From Anaerolineales bacterium (GTDB lineage Bacteria; Chloroflexota; Anaerolineae; Anaerolineales; UBA11858), in contig JANQED010000132.1 in the NCBI GenBank assembly GCA_028278545.1, forward strand, positions 218,874-282,873: a stretch of DNA of 64,000 bases, written 5' to 3'. The translations under genes were made by a program, and so were the position numbers. Shown in pieces: positions 9,225 to 18,071 of the stretch. The number at the start of each line of letters is the position of its first letter. Position 1 is the first letter of the stretch. The notes below the pieces were generated by a model, which saw nothing but the letters and a program-made list of their open reading frames with translations, had not been told where the DNA came from and did no database searches.

Positions 9225-9728
9225 ATGTTGCCTACCCTGCTCGCTCTCCCGATTTTCGCCTTCTTGGTGATCCTCCAATCTACGATCATCAGCAACGTGC
9301 CGCTGCTGCATGGCTATGCTGATATCGTGCTGTTGGTGATCATCGCCTGGGCGCTGCAGGAACGCGTTCAATCCGCCTGGCAGTGGGGCATCCTGGGAGG
9401 TTTTATGGTAGGCTTTGTTTCAGCGATGAACTTCGCTATTCCAATGGTCATCTACACGAGCATTACTGCATTAGCGCTCATCATCAGAAGGAGGATTTGG
9501 CAGATACCGATTTTGGCCATGTTTGTAGTCACATTGGTGGGAACACTGTTCAGCCACTCCCTATCCGCTCTCGTCATTTCAATTGGCGGGACCGACCTGC
9601 CCTGGCTGGACACTCTACAACTGATCACGTTGCCAAGTTTGTTCCTCAATATCCTCCTTGCCGCACCGGTGTATGCTATCGTGCGAGATTTTGCCAACTG
9701 GTTGCATCCGGAAGAAATTCAAATATGA
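9225..9728 (+). CDS. mreD: rod shape-determining protein MreD
   Basis: 167-aa five-TM protein between mreC and the PBP2 gene. N-terminus typical of MreD (LLALPIFAFLVILQSTIISNVPLL). Confidence 0.75.
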   Translation: MLPTLLALPIFAFLVILQSTIISNVPLLHGYADIVLLVIIAWALQERVQSAWQWGILGGFMVGFVSAMNFAIPMVIYTSITALALIIRRRIWQIPILAMFVVTLVGTLFSHSLSALVISIGGTDLPWLDTLQLITLPSLFLNILLAAPVYAIVRDFANWLHPEEIQI

Positions 9729-11815
9729 ATGAATCTGGCATTTTGAAGAACCGCGTCGCTGGCTGGCGCATCATCGTCTTCATTATCGCGATCGGACTAG
9801 TATTTGCCCTTTATATCGTCAGGCTGCTCAGCCTGCAAATCCTGGGATTCGACGAATATTTCTCCCGGGCAGAGGAAAATCGCATCAGCGAGATCAGCCT
9901 CTCCACATTGCGGGGGGTGATCTATGACCGCAACGGCATCATTCTAGCCAACAATATCGCCTCGTATGACGTGGTTATCCTGCCCGCAAACCTTCCTGAT
10001 GACCCAGGGGAGATCCAGGAAATCTACCGCCAACTCTCAGAGCTTATTGATCTCCCCGTGAACTTAGGGGAAGTGGCTCCCGAAACCCCTTACGTACCCT
10101 GCGTCTCCGAACATGGGATCACCCAGATTGCGGACTATGGTATTACCAGCGCTCCCTTCCGCACGGTGAAGATCGTATGCAATATCGACCGCACGCTCGC
10201 CATGATCATCCAGGAAAAGGCCGTTGATTGGCCCGGAGTGGATATCGAAATCGAGCCAATACGGGATTATCCCACCGGATCGCTGACCGCTGCCATCGTC
10301 GGCTTTCTCGGCCCGATCTCACAGTTCGATGAGAGCTATTACCGCGAGCGGGGATTCGTCCCCAATCGCGACAAAATCGGCTATGCCGGGATCGAACGCT
10401 ACTTCGAGGCGATCTTAAGAGGCAAACCCGGGAAGCGCGTTGTGGAAGTAGATGTCGCCGGACAGATTGTGCGCGATATCCACCCCCCAATTGCACCCAT
10501 CCCCGGGCAGAACATCACCCTGACCATCGACACCCGCCTGCAAGAAGCCACTGAGGCCATCCTGCTCGGCGAGATTGGGGATTGGAATGCCTATTTCGCC
10601 GAGTTGCGCATCACCAGCGGAGTGGCGATCGCCATGAATCCCCAAACAGGGGAAATCCTTTCCATGGTCTCCTTCCCCACTTACGAGAACAACCGCATGG
10701 CGCGCGTCATCCCCACTTATTATTACGAACAGCTGCTGGCTGACGTGCGCGACCCCCTACTCAACCATGCCGTAGGTGCGGAACTCCCCGCGGGCTCCGT
10801 GTTCAAGCTGTCCACGGCAGTGGGCGCGCTGAACGAAGGCGTTGTCACCCCAGAACAGATCATCGACACCCCAGGCCTGATCACCATCACCGAGAAATAC
10901 ACCCCCAACGACCCTGGATTCGAGCGCGAGTTCGTCGATTGGAACCGGGCCGGTTTCGGGCAACTGGACTTCCTGGGAGGCATCGCCAACTCCAGCAACG
11001 TCTACTTCTACAAACTCGGCGGCGGTTACAAAGACGAAGTGCCCGATGGGCTGGGCATCTGCCGCCTGGGCACTTACGCCCACGCCATCGGGTATGGTGA
11101 ACTGCCCGGGATAGAGCTGCCCGATGCCGCCGACGGCACGATCCCCGATCCCACCTGGAAACGCATCAATCACGGTGAGAACTGGGCCATCGGTGACACG
11201 TATATCTCCAGTGTAGGCCAGGGTTTTGTCATCGCCACGCCGCTGCAAGTGCTGATGTCGGCAGCGACCATCGCCAACGACGGCAAATTGATGCGTCCAA
11301 CCCTGATCCATGAGGTCACTGATGCCGAGGGCAATGTCATTCAAAGCTTCGAGCCAGAGATGAAATGGGATATCACTCAAGACCCAATCATCGATGTCTT
11401 CGACGACCCCACCGCCCCGGGAGGTTGTGAAGCCAAACTCACCGGCGACAAAACGACCGTCCAACCCTGGGTGGTTGAAATCATTCAGGAAGGCATGCGT
11501 CTGGCCGTCACCCAGGGCACATTGTCCATCGATGCCGTAGGTTTCCAAAAAGTCGATATCGCAGCAGCCGGAAAAACCGGCACAGCCGAGTATTGCGACG
11601 AATTCGCCAATGAGAAAAACTTGTGCAAACCGGGCGACTGGCCTACCCACGCATGGACGGTAGCCTACGCCCCTTATGAGAATCCAGAGATCGCCGTGGT
11701 GGCCTTCGTTTATAATGGAGGCGAGGGCGCCAGCGTTGCCGGCCCCATTGTCCGAAGGGTGATCGAAGCCTATTTCGAGCTGAAATCCATCGATGTGGCG
11801 CTGGGAAGCCAGTAA
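9725..11815 (+). CDS. mrdA: penicillin-binding protein 2 (elongation transpeptidase)
   Basis: ATG at 9725 overlaps the mreD stop (ATGA). After it come a TM anchor (WRIIVFIIAIGLVFALYIV), the PBP dimerisation domain and the transpeptidase motifs SVFK, SSN and KTGTA. The 9383 start in the ORF track is an out-of-frame read-through of mreD. Confidence 0.9.
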   Translation: MNESGILKNRVAGWRIIVFIIAIGLVFALYIVRLLSLQILGFDEYFSRAEENRISEISLSTLRGVIYDRNGIILANNIASYDVVILPANLPDDPGEIQEIYRQLSELIDLPVNLGEVAPETPYVPCVSEHGITQIADYGITSAPFRTVKIVCNIDRTLAMIIQEKAVDWPGVDIEIEPIRDYPTGSLTAAIVGFLGPISQFDESYYRERGFVPNRDKIGYAGIERYFEAILRGKPGKRVVEVDVAGQIVRDIHPPIAPIPGQNITLTIDTRLQEATEAILLGEIGDWNAYFAELRITSGVAIAMNPQTGEILSMVSFPTYENNRMARVIPTYYYEQLLADVRDPLLNHAVGAELPAGSVFKLSTAVGALNEGVVTPEQIIDTPGLITITEKYTPNDPGFEREFVDWNRAGFGQLDFLGGIANSSNVYFYKLGGGYKDEVPDGLGICRLGTYAHAIGYGELPGIELPDAADGTIPDPTWKRINHGENWAIGDTYISSVGQGFVIATPLQVLMSAATIANDGKLMRPTLIHEVTDAEGNVIQSFEPEMKWDITQDPIIDVFDDPTAPGGCEAKLTGDKTTVQPWVVEIIQEGMRLAVTQGTLSIDAVGFQKVDIAAAGKTGTAEYCDEFANEKNLCKPGDWPTHAWTVAYAPYENPEIAVVAFVYNGGEGASVAGPIVRRVIEAYFELKSIDVALGSQ

Positions 11816-11893
11816 AGGAATAGCGGTTCGACTCTTTTGCTCCTTTTCAGGGATACTGCGTGAAGAAAGTCCACTACTGTCACCCAAAGGTCA

Positions 11894-11902
11894 TGCTATA
11901 AT
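11894..11902 (+). promoter_or_regulatory. extended -10 promoter element upstream of minC
   Basis: TGcTATAAT at 11894..11902. It would give a 5' UTR of about 120 nt before the minC ATG at 12032. Confidence 0.4.
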
Positions 11903-12031
11903 CATTTCTGACTGCAAATTGCCCTCTTTAGCTCCCAGCAATGGGGGATAAGCATCTGGCTCCCCCAGAATTGGGTGCTCGAAGAGCAGGGGCAGCTACG
12001 CCGAGATAGTTGATCTGATTTTTGAGTCTTT

Positions 12032-12706
12032 ATGGCCAGCCAATTCGAAATAAAGGGCGTTCATGATAGCCTGCTGATCACCGTTGGCGAAGGGGATTGG
12101 GCAGATTTACGAGAAATCCTGCTCACCCAGATACAAGAGCAAAGTGATTTCTTCCAGGGAGCCAGTTTAAGCATCGATGTGGGTGAGCACACCCTCAAAG
12201 CTGCCGAGTTGGGCAGCCTGCGAGATAAAATCTCTGAAAACGGCGTCACGCTTCGAGCTGTTCTCAGTAAATCAGCTCAAACCAATGAAACCGCCAAAAC
12301 CCTGGGCCTGGAGACTCATCTGGCAAAACCCATCTCTGAGCGCTCAGGCCAGGCCTTCGATACCAGCGTTGACGGCGACGAAGCGATTTTGGTAAAACGC
12401 ACCTTACGATCAGGGAACAGCATCGTATTCCCCGGGCACGTCATCATCATCGGTGATGTCAACCCCGGGGCCGAGATCATCGCCGGCGGCAACATCATTG
12501 TGTGGGGCCGTTTGCGAGGTACTGCCCACGCAGGAGCATCGGGTGATGAAAGCGCTATCGTCTGTGCGCTGGACCTCACCCCAACGCAACTGAGAATCTC
12601 CGAGGAAATCAGCATCACCCCACCCCAAAAAGGGACACCCCAACCCGAGGTCGCACGTCTCAAAGATGGGGAAGTCATCGCCGAGGGTTGGGAGTTCCAC
12701 AAATAG
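12032..12706 (+). CDS. minC: septum site-determining protein MinC
   Basis: C-terminal beta-helix signature (GDVNPGAEIIAGGNIIVWGRLRGTAHAG). Immediately upstream of minD/minE. Confidence 0.85.
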   Translation: MASQFEIKGVHDSLLITVGEGDWADLREILLTQIQEQSDFFQGASLSIDVGEHTLKAAELGSLRDKISENGVTLRAVLSKSAQTNETAKTLGLETHLAKPISERSGQAFDTSVDGDEAILVKRTLRSGNSIVFPGHVIIIGDVNPGAEIIAGGNIIVWGRLRGTAHAGASGDESAIVCALDLTPTQLRISEEISITPPQKGTPQPEVARLKDGEVIAEGWEFHK

Positions 12707-12764
12707 CGTTCATTATCCAGCGTTTTAAGGCTGGCAATATTCATTACCTGTTTAGGATAACAAG

Positions 12765-13568
12765 ATGGCCGCACAAGTAATCACTATCACTTCTGGTAAA
12801 GGCGGCGTCGGGAAAACCACGATCACTGCCAATCTGGGGGCCGCGCTGGCATCCCTGGGGCAAAAAGTGGTCTGCATCGACGCCGATATCGGCCTGCGCA
12901 ACCTGGATGTTGTGCTGGGTTTAGAGAATCGCATCGTCTACGATCTGGTCGATGTGGTGGAGGGTCGCTGTCGCTTACGGCAGGCCATGATCAGGGATAA
13001 ACGCATTGAAGGATTATTTCTCATTCCCGCCGCCCAGACCCGCGACAAAACCGCCGTTTCCCCCAGCGATATGATACGGCTGTGTGACGAGCTGCGCGCT
13101 GAACACGATTGGGTCATCATCGACTCACCTGCCGGCATTGAGCGCGGCTTCCGCAATGCCATCGCACCCGCCGACCGCGTCTTCGTGGTCACCAACCCGG
13201 AGGTCTCAGCCGTACGGGACGCAGACCGCATTATTGGCATCGTCGAAGCCGAAGAAAAAGGGCCCGCCCAACTGATCATCAACCGCATCGACGCCGGGAT
13301 GGTCCAGCGGGGGGACATGATCGGCACGGATGACATCGTCGAATTACTGGCCATCGATTTGATCGGCATCGTCCCTGAAGACGAAAACGTGATTATCAGC
13401 ACCAACCGGGGCACACCCATCTCACTGGACGGCAAATCCCGGGCTGGGCAAGCTCTGCAGAATATCTCCCACCGTATGATGGGTGAAGAGGTACCTTTTA
13501 TGGATTTGACCGTTCAGGCGGGCTTCTTCAAAAAACTATTCTCCGGAGGAGGCAGCAAAAATGAGTGA
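12765..13568 (+). CDS. minD: septum site-determining ATPase MinD
   Basis: Deviant Walker A (SGKGGVGKTT) and a C-terminal amphipathic helix (FFKKLFSGG). Confidence 0.95.
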   Translation: MAAQVITITSGKGGVGKTTITANLGAALASLGQKVVCIDADIGLRNLDVVLGLENRIVYDLVDVVEGRCRLRQAMIRDKRIEGLFLIPAAQTRDKTAVSPSDMIRLCDELRAEHDWVIIDSPAGIERGFRNAIAPADRVFVVTNPEVSAVRDADRIIGIVEAEEKGPAQLIINRIDAGMVQRGDMIGTDDIVELLAIDLIGIVPEDENVIISTNRGTPISLDGKSRAGQALQNISHRMMGEEVPFMDLTVQAGFFKKLFSGGGSKNE

Positions 13569-13824
13569 TTTCATCGGACGCCTCACAGGACGGAAGCGCA
13601 AGAGCGCTTTTCAAGCCAAAGAACGGCTGCAACTGGTTCTAATTCATGATCGAACCAATCTCTCCAGCACCGTTCTGGAAACCATGAAAGACGAAATCAT
13701 CGAAGTGATCTCGCGTCACATCGAAATCGAACCCCATGCAGTCCGCATCGAGCTCAACAAAGACGGCCGCGAACAGCGTCTGGTCGCCGATATCCCCGTT
13801 CTAGGGCCGAAGAAGCAGCGGTAG
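13561..13824 (+). CDS. minE: cell division topological specificity factor MinE
   Basis: 87 aa. Overlaps the minD stop by 8 nt. MinE-like sequence (KERLQLVLIHDR...MKDEIIEVISRHIEIE). Confidence 0.9.
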   Translation: MSDFIGRLTGRKRKSAFQAKERLQLVLIHDRTNLSSTVLETMKDEIIEVISRHIEIEPHAVRIELNKDGREQRLVADIPVLGPKKQR

Positions 13825-13851
13825 AACTAACGAGTCAACCTGCGGGAGGTT

Positions 13852-15027
13852 ATGAATATCCCCCGCGGGTTGAAATTTATTTGTATGCAAAATATCTCCT
13901 GGCGTCATTTCGATTTCTGGCTGTTGGGAGCGGTGGCCTTACTGACCCTGTTCGGCATCGTGATGATCCGCTCGGCAATCGCCGGAAATATTGAATTAGT
14001 AGAGCAAAATACGGTACAGAAGCAGATCATCTTCGCGTTGACGGGTTTCGTCGTCATCATCGTCGTTGCCGCCGTCGATTACAAGATCCTCTCCGCTCTC
14101 AGCCAGCCGCTATATGTAATCACCATCATCGTCTTAGCGCTCCTGGTATTCTTCGGGGGTGCGCTATTTGGTTCAGCGCGTTGGTTCACATTGGGGCCTA
14201 TCCTCGTCCAGCCCTCCGAGCTAGCTAAGATGGTGATCATCCTGGTTTTGGCCGACTTCCTGACCCGTCACCAGGACAAAATCCACGATCTGAGATGGGT
14301 GGCTCGAAGTTTGGCCCTCACAATTGGCCTGGTGATCTGGATCCTTTTACAGCCCGACCTGAGCACCTCGATTGTGATCTTCGTGATCTGGTTTGCGCTG
14401 ATCTGGGCATCGGGATTGGAAATCAAACACCTGCTCACTGCAGTGGGAGGGGGGATTCTGTTCCTGGGCATTTCACTGCCCCTGATGCTGATCACCTACA
14501 ACCCTGAAGCCGAAGGCGGGCTGATCAGACCCTATCAGGTGGGGCGCGTCATCAATTTCCTCTTCCCCGCAGAAGATGCCACTCATGGAGACCTCTACAA
14601 CGTGCAGCAGGCCCTGGTAAGTATCGGCTCCGGGGGTTGGCTGGGCAAGGGTTATGAAGCCGGCACGCAGGTGCAGTTACGCTTCCTAAAAGTTCGCCAC
14701 TCCGACTTCATCTTTTCCGCGCTTTCGGAGGAGTTCGGTTTCGTGGGAACCGTTGTGGTGATGGCTTTGTTGTTCTTCATTATCTTGCGCTGCCTGCGCG
14801 CCGCCAGGTTAGCCAGCGACACCTTCGGGGCGCTGATCGCCTATGGCGTTGCGGCCACCGTGGCTTTCCAGGCTGCGGTCAACATCGGGATGAACTTGCA
14901 GCTGCTCCCGGTGACCGGTCTGCCCCTGCCTTTTGTCAGCTACGGAGGGAGTTCTCTGCTGACGATGCTGCTCGGCATCGGGCTGGTGGAAAGCGTGATC
15001 CTGCGTCACAAAGCCCTGGATTTCTGA
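13852..15027 (+). CDS. rodA: SEDS-family peptidoglycan glycosyltransferase RodA/FtsW
   Basis: About 10 TM helices. SEDS motifs (LVQPSELAKMVIILVLA, FIFSALSEEFGF, TGLPLPFVSYGGSS). Sits in the mre/min context. Confidence 0.9.
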   Translation: MNIPRGLKFICMQNISWRHFDFWLLGAVALLTLFGIVMIRSAIAGNIELVEQNTVQKQIIFALTGFVVIIVVAAVDYKILSALSQPLYVITIIVLALLVFFGGALFGSARWFTLGPILVQPSELAKMVIILVLADFLTRHQDKIHDLRWVARSLALTIGLVIWILLQPDLSTSIVIFVIWFALIWASGLEIKHLLTAVGGGILFLGISLPLMLITYNPEAEGGLIRPYQVGRVINFLFPAEDATHGDLYNVQQALVSIGSGGWLGKGYEAGTQVQLRFLKVRHSDFIFSALSEEFGFVGTVVVMALLFFIILRCLRAARLASDTFGALIAYGVAATVAFQAAVNIGMNLQLLPVTGLPLPFVSYGGSSLLTMLLGIGLVESVILRHKALDF

Positions 15028-15048
15028 TAAAATCCCATATCTGAATAG

Positions 15049-15168
15049 TGTCATTCTGAACAAAGTTAAGAGTCTCCAGCCTGCTCAAGGCTGTAGGTTC
15101 TTCGGGCGCTCGCCATACGCGCGCACCAAAGGTACGCAAAACGAGCGCGGCGACTCATCAGAATGACA
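15049..15168. repeat. 120-bp element bounded by perfect 11-bp inverted repeats
   Basis: TGTCATTCTGA (15049..15059) is the exact reverse complement of TCAGAATGACA (15158..15168). Internal stems are GCGCTCG/CGAGCGC and AGCCT/AGGCT. Lies between rodA and gltX. Confidence 0.5.
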
Positions 15169-15196
15169 GACGATTGAATAAACACTCAGGATCAAG

Positions 15197-16699
15197 ATGC
15201 CATCGCAACCATTACAGCCTACCCGCGTGCGCTTTGCCCCCTCCCCCACCGGAAGGCCTCACCTGGGGGGCGGGCGCACTGCTCTATACAATTACCTACT
15301 CGCCCGCCAAACCGGTGGGGCGTTCATCCTGCGCATCGAGGACACAGACCAAAAACGCTATGTCCCGGGTGCTGTAGAAGAACTGATCAGCAGTTTGCGC
15401 TGGATGGGGCTGGACTGGGATGAAGGCCCCGATGTGGGCGGCCCTCACGCGCCCTACCACCAAACAGAACGCAGAGAGATCTACCAAAAGTACGCCCGCC
15501 AGCTCATCGAAAGCGGTCATGCCTATTACTGCTTCTGCCCCACGCCGAAGGAGGACGAAGGGAGTGAGCCGGGAGATAGACGCCAGCATCGGGAAATTTG
15601 CCCAGATAGAGATTTATCTCTTGAAGAAGCCGATGCCCGAATATCCTCCGGTGAGTCTCATGTCATCCGCTTCAGAATGCCCTTCGAGGGGCGCATCACC
15701 GTCAGCGATGCTATTCGCGGGGACATCACCGTCGAAAACAGCACCCTGGATGATTACATCCTGGTGAAATCGAACGGCCTGCCGGTGTACCATCTGGCCG
15801 TCGTTGTCGATGACCATCTTATGGAGATCACCCACGTTATTCGAACATCGGAATGGCTGCCAACCCTGCCCCTCCACGGGCATATCTACAAGGCCTTCGG
15901 CTGGGAGCAGCCCATCTGGGTGCACCCCTCGATCTTCCTCAAGCCGGACGGCAAAGGGAAAATGAGCAAGCGCGATGCCCAGGCTTTGTTATCAGAAGGC
16001 AAGTCTATCTTCGTGGGGGATTTCAAGGAGATGGGCTATTTGCCAGAAGCGGTCGTCAATTGGATGGCGTTAATCGGGTGGAGCTACGATGATAAGACCG
16101 AGTTCTTCACGTTGGAAGAGCTGATCGATAAATTCAGCCTCGAAAAACTCAGCCCCGCCCCGGCGGCGATCAACTTCAGCAAGCTCGACCACTTCAATGG
16201 CCTGCACATCCGCGAGTTGGACCCCGCCGACCTAGCCGAGCGCATCAAACCGTTTTTCGAGAAAGCTGGCTACCAGGTTGACGATATCGACAAACTTCAG
16301 CAAATCGCCGAGGCCTTACAAATCCGCCTGACCACCCTCGATGAAGCGCCAGAGAAGGCCGGCTTCTTCTTCCAAGACGAAATCCATCCCGAACCTGAAA
16401 CCTTGATCGGCAAGAAGATGTCCGCAGCCGAGTCGCTAGAGATGGCCCAGCGGATTCACAAGCTGATCGCCTCGCTGCCTGATTTCAGCGAAGAAACCGC
16501 CAACCAGCCCCTGCGCGACCTGGCAGTGGAACTGGGCTTGAAGGCCGGCCACATCTTCGGGTTCTTGCGCAACGCCATTACCTCCCAAAAGGTCAGCCCG
16601 CCCATCTTCGAGACCATGACCATCATCGGGCGGGAAACAGTGCTCAAGCGTATTGAGGCGGCGATTGCGATGCTGGAGAGGATGGCTGAGGAAGCATAA
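15197..16699 (+). CDS. gltX: glutamate--tRNA ligase
   Basis: Class I signatures (RFAPSPTGRPHLGG for HIGH, KMSKR for KMSKS). 500 aa. Confidence 0.95.
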   Translation: MPSQPLQPTRVRFAPSPTGRPHLGGGRTALYNYLLARQTGGAFILRIEDTDQKRYVPGAVEELISSLRWMGLDWDEGPDVGGPHAPYHQTERREIYQKYARQLIESGHAYYCFCPTPKEDEGSEPGDRRQHREICPDRDLSLEEADARISSGESHVIRFRMPFEGRITVSDAIRGDITVENSTLDDYILVKSNGLPVYHLAVVVDDHLMEITHVIRTSEWLPTLPLHGHIYKAFGWEQPIWVHPSIFLKPDGKGKMSKRDAQALLSEGKSIFVGDFKEMGYLPEAVVNWMALIGWSYDDKTEFFTLEELIDKFSLEKLSPAPAAINFSKLDHFNGLHIRELDPADLAERIKPFFEKAGYQVDDIDKLQQIAEALQIRLTTLDEAPEKAGFFFQDEIHPEPETLIGKKMSAAESLEMAQRIHKLIASLPDFSEETANQPLRDLAVELGLKAGHIFGFLRNAITSQKVSPPIFETMTIIGRETVLKRIEAAIAMLERMAEEA

Positions 16700-16786
16700 A
16701 TTGTCCGTTGCGCCTCCCCACCGCGCCCGTCGGTTGTGCCTGTGGCGTACATAATACGGCTCCTGCACAAGGCAACCACGCAAAAA

Positions 16787-16815
16787 TTGACGTTTATTTC
16801 CAGCAATGGTAAAAT
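16787..16815 (+). promoter_or_regulatory. putative promoter of tRNA-Gln
   Basis: TTGACG (16787..16792), 17 nt spacer, TAAAAT (16810..16815). It ends 11 nt before the tRNA 5' end. Confidence 0.5.
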
Positions 16816-16826
16816 CCCCTGCGCAG

Positions 16827-16897
16827 TGGGGGCTCGTCTAACGGTAGGACAGCGGTCTCTGGAACCGTCAATCGGGGTTCGAATCCCTGGCCCCCAG
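16827..16897 (+). tRNA. tRNA-Gln (anticodon CUG)
   Basis: The cloverleaf folds by hand: acceptor TGGGGGC/GCCCCCA, D arm GTCT..GGAC, anticodon stem GCGGT/ACCGT with loop CTCTGGA (CTG), T arm CGGGG-TTCGAAT-CCCTG. CCA is not encoded. Confidence 0.9.
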
Positions 16898-16904
16898 CAC
16901 GACA

Positions 16905-16932
16905 ACACCCCGCTTTGGCGGGGTGTTTTTTT
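16905..16932 (+). terminator. rho-independent terminator after tRNA-Gln
   Basis: 9-bp stem ACACCCCGC/GCGGGGTGT, loop TTTG, then TTTTTT. Confidence 0.75.
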
Positions 16933-16951
16933 ATGGGAATTTCCGGCAACC

Positions 16952-17830
16952 TTACAGAAGGCCCTCAGATCGAAGCCGGGTGACGATGCCAACCGCGGCC
17001 TTGCTGCGATCCATCGTATAAATGTGTATCCCCGGCACACCGGCTTCCAGCAGTTCAGTGCACTGGCGCACGGCGAAATCAATGCCAAAGTCCGCCAAAG
17101 CTTCGGTATCGCCCTCCGGTAAGGCGGCGATGCCCTGCCTGATCTCTTCGGTGATCGTAGCCCCACACAGGCCAGCCAACATCTCCATCATCTTGACGCT
17201 GAAGATAGGCATCACGCCCGCCAGGATGGGCACTTCGATGCCGACCTCTCGACAACGCTCAACAAAATCAAGGAAATACTGGTTATCGTAGCAATAGTTG
17301 GTAATGATGTACTCTGCCCCAAGATCGACTTTCAACTTGAGATACTCTAAATCTTTGGTTTTGCTCTCGGCATCAACGTGGACTTCGGGATAGGCCGCCA
17401 CCCCTAAACAGAAATCATATTTCGGCCGGATAAAGGCCACCAAGTCTGATGCGTGCGGCAGGCTGTCAGGGTGAGGCTCGAAATCCCCTTCCCGGGGTTC
17501 GTCTCCGCGCACCGCCAACAGGTTCTCGATGCCCAAAGCCCGGTAATCATCCAAAACGCTGGTGATCTGATCTGGGCTCAATCCATAACAGGCAAAGTAA
17601 GTCAGGACTTCCAATCCATGCTCATTTTTTATTTTTTCTGCCAACTGATACGACCCTGCGCGGGTCGATCCCCCGGCCCCGAAGGTAACGGATACGAAAT
17701 CTGGGGTAAGGGAAACCAGCTGCTCAATCGCCTTTTCAAGGTTGGCGGCGGCTTTTTCAGTGCGAGCGGGGAACAACTCAAAAGACAAAGTCGGTTTTCC
17801 CTTTGACGCCCAAAGTTCTGACAGTTTCAT
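16952..17830 (-). CDS. metF: methylenetetrahydrofolate reductase
   Basis: 292 aa. MetF N-terminus (LSFELFPARTEK), VTFGAGGSTR and the TIM-barrel pattern. Confidence 0.9.
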   Translation of the reverse strand: MKLSELWASKGKPTLSFELFPARTEKAAANLEKAIEQLVSLTPDFVSVTFGAGGSTRAGSYQLAEKIKNEHGLEVLTYFACYGLSPDQITSVLDDYRALGIENLLAVRGDEPREGDFEPHPDSLPHASDLVAFIRPKYDFCLGVAAYPEVHVDAESKTKDLEYLKLKVDLGAEYIITNYCYDNQYFLDFVERCREVGIEVPILAGVMPIFSVKMMEMLAGLCGATITEEIRQGIAALPEGDTEALADFGIDFAVRQCTELLEAGVPGIHIYTMDRSKAAVGIVTRLRSEGLL

Positions 17831-17996
17831 CGTTTTCTCCTCGATCTAAAGGTGGCTGTACAGGTATTATAAACCCAAGATTTGGCTGTCGGATGATCTC
17901 TCTTTAAGATGTGCTATTACAAGGCCTGCTCGAAGTCAGCCTCTAGCAGTTGAAGCTCTGAACAACCCAATAGTTGCGCGAAGAAGTAAACCAGAC

Positions 17997-18041
17997 TTAA
18001 AAAACCTCCCGAGGGCTCAACTTCCAGCCCGCGGGAGGTTC
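17997..18041 (-). terminator. rho-independent terminator after the aminotransferase gene
   Basis: - strand stem ACCTCCCG...CGGGAGGT (8 bp, plus inner GCCC/GGGC pairs) followed by TTTTTT. About 30 nt after the stop at 18072. Confidence 0.7.
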
Positions 18042-18071
18042 GCGATTTCACCGATCAACAATCTTCGGATA

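Noticed and set aside
9383-9724. 114-codon N-terminal extension of the PBP2 ORF
   Set aside because: It lies entirely inside mreD in another frame. The ATG at 9725 overlaps the mreD stop and is followed immediately by the expected TM anchor.
10757-11887. 376-aa antisense ORF inside the PBP2 gene
   Set aside because: It is antisense to a gene with clear SxxK/SxN/KTG motifs. Its Gly/Asp/Val-rich composition and lack of domain features make it a typical shadow ORF in GC-rich DNA.
15028-15196. Possible T-box leader upstream of gltX
   Set aside because: I saw no specifier-loop/AGAGA/GNUGGUA T-box sequence and no terminator/antiterminator pair. Only the inverted-repeat element is reported separately.
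16456-17166. 236-aa - strand ORF spanning the gltX 3' end, tRNA-Gln and the metF 3' end
   Set aside because: It runs across a tRNA gene and a terminator and overlaps two well-supported genes. It is an artefact.
17831-17996. Possible SAM riboswitch in the metF leader (CTTAAAGAGAG resembles the start of SAM-I)
   Set aside because: The rest of the SAM-I core (GGUGGAGGGA...GCAACC) is absent. Also, a TATAAT box at 17866..17871 leaves a leader of only about 30 nt.
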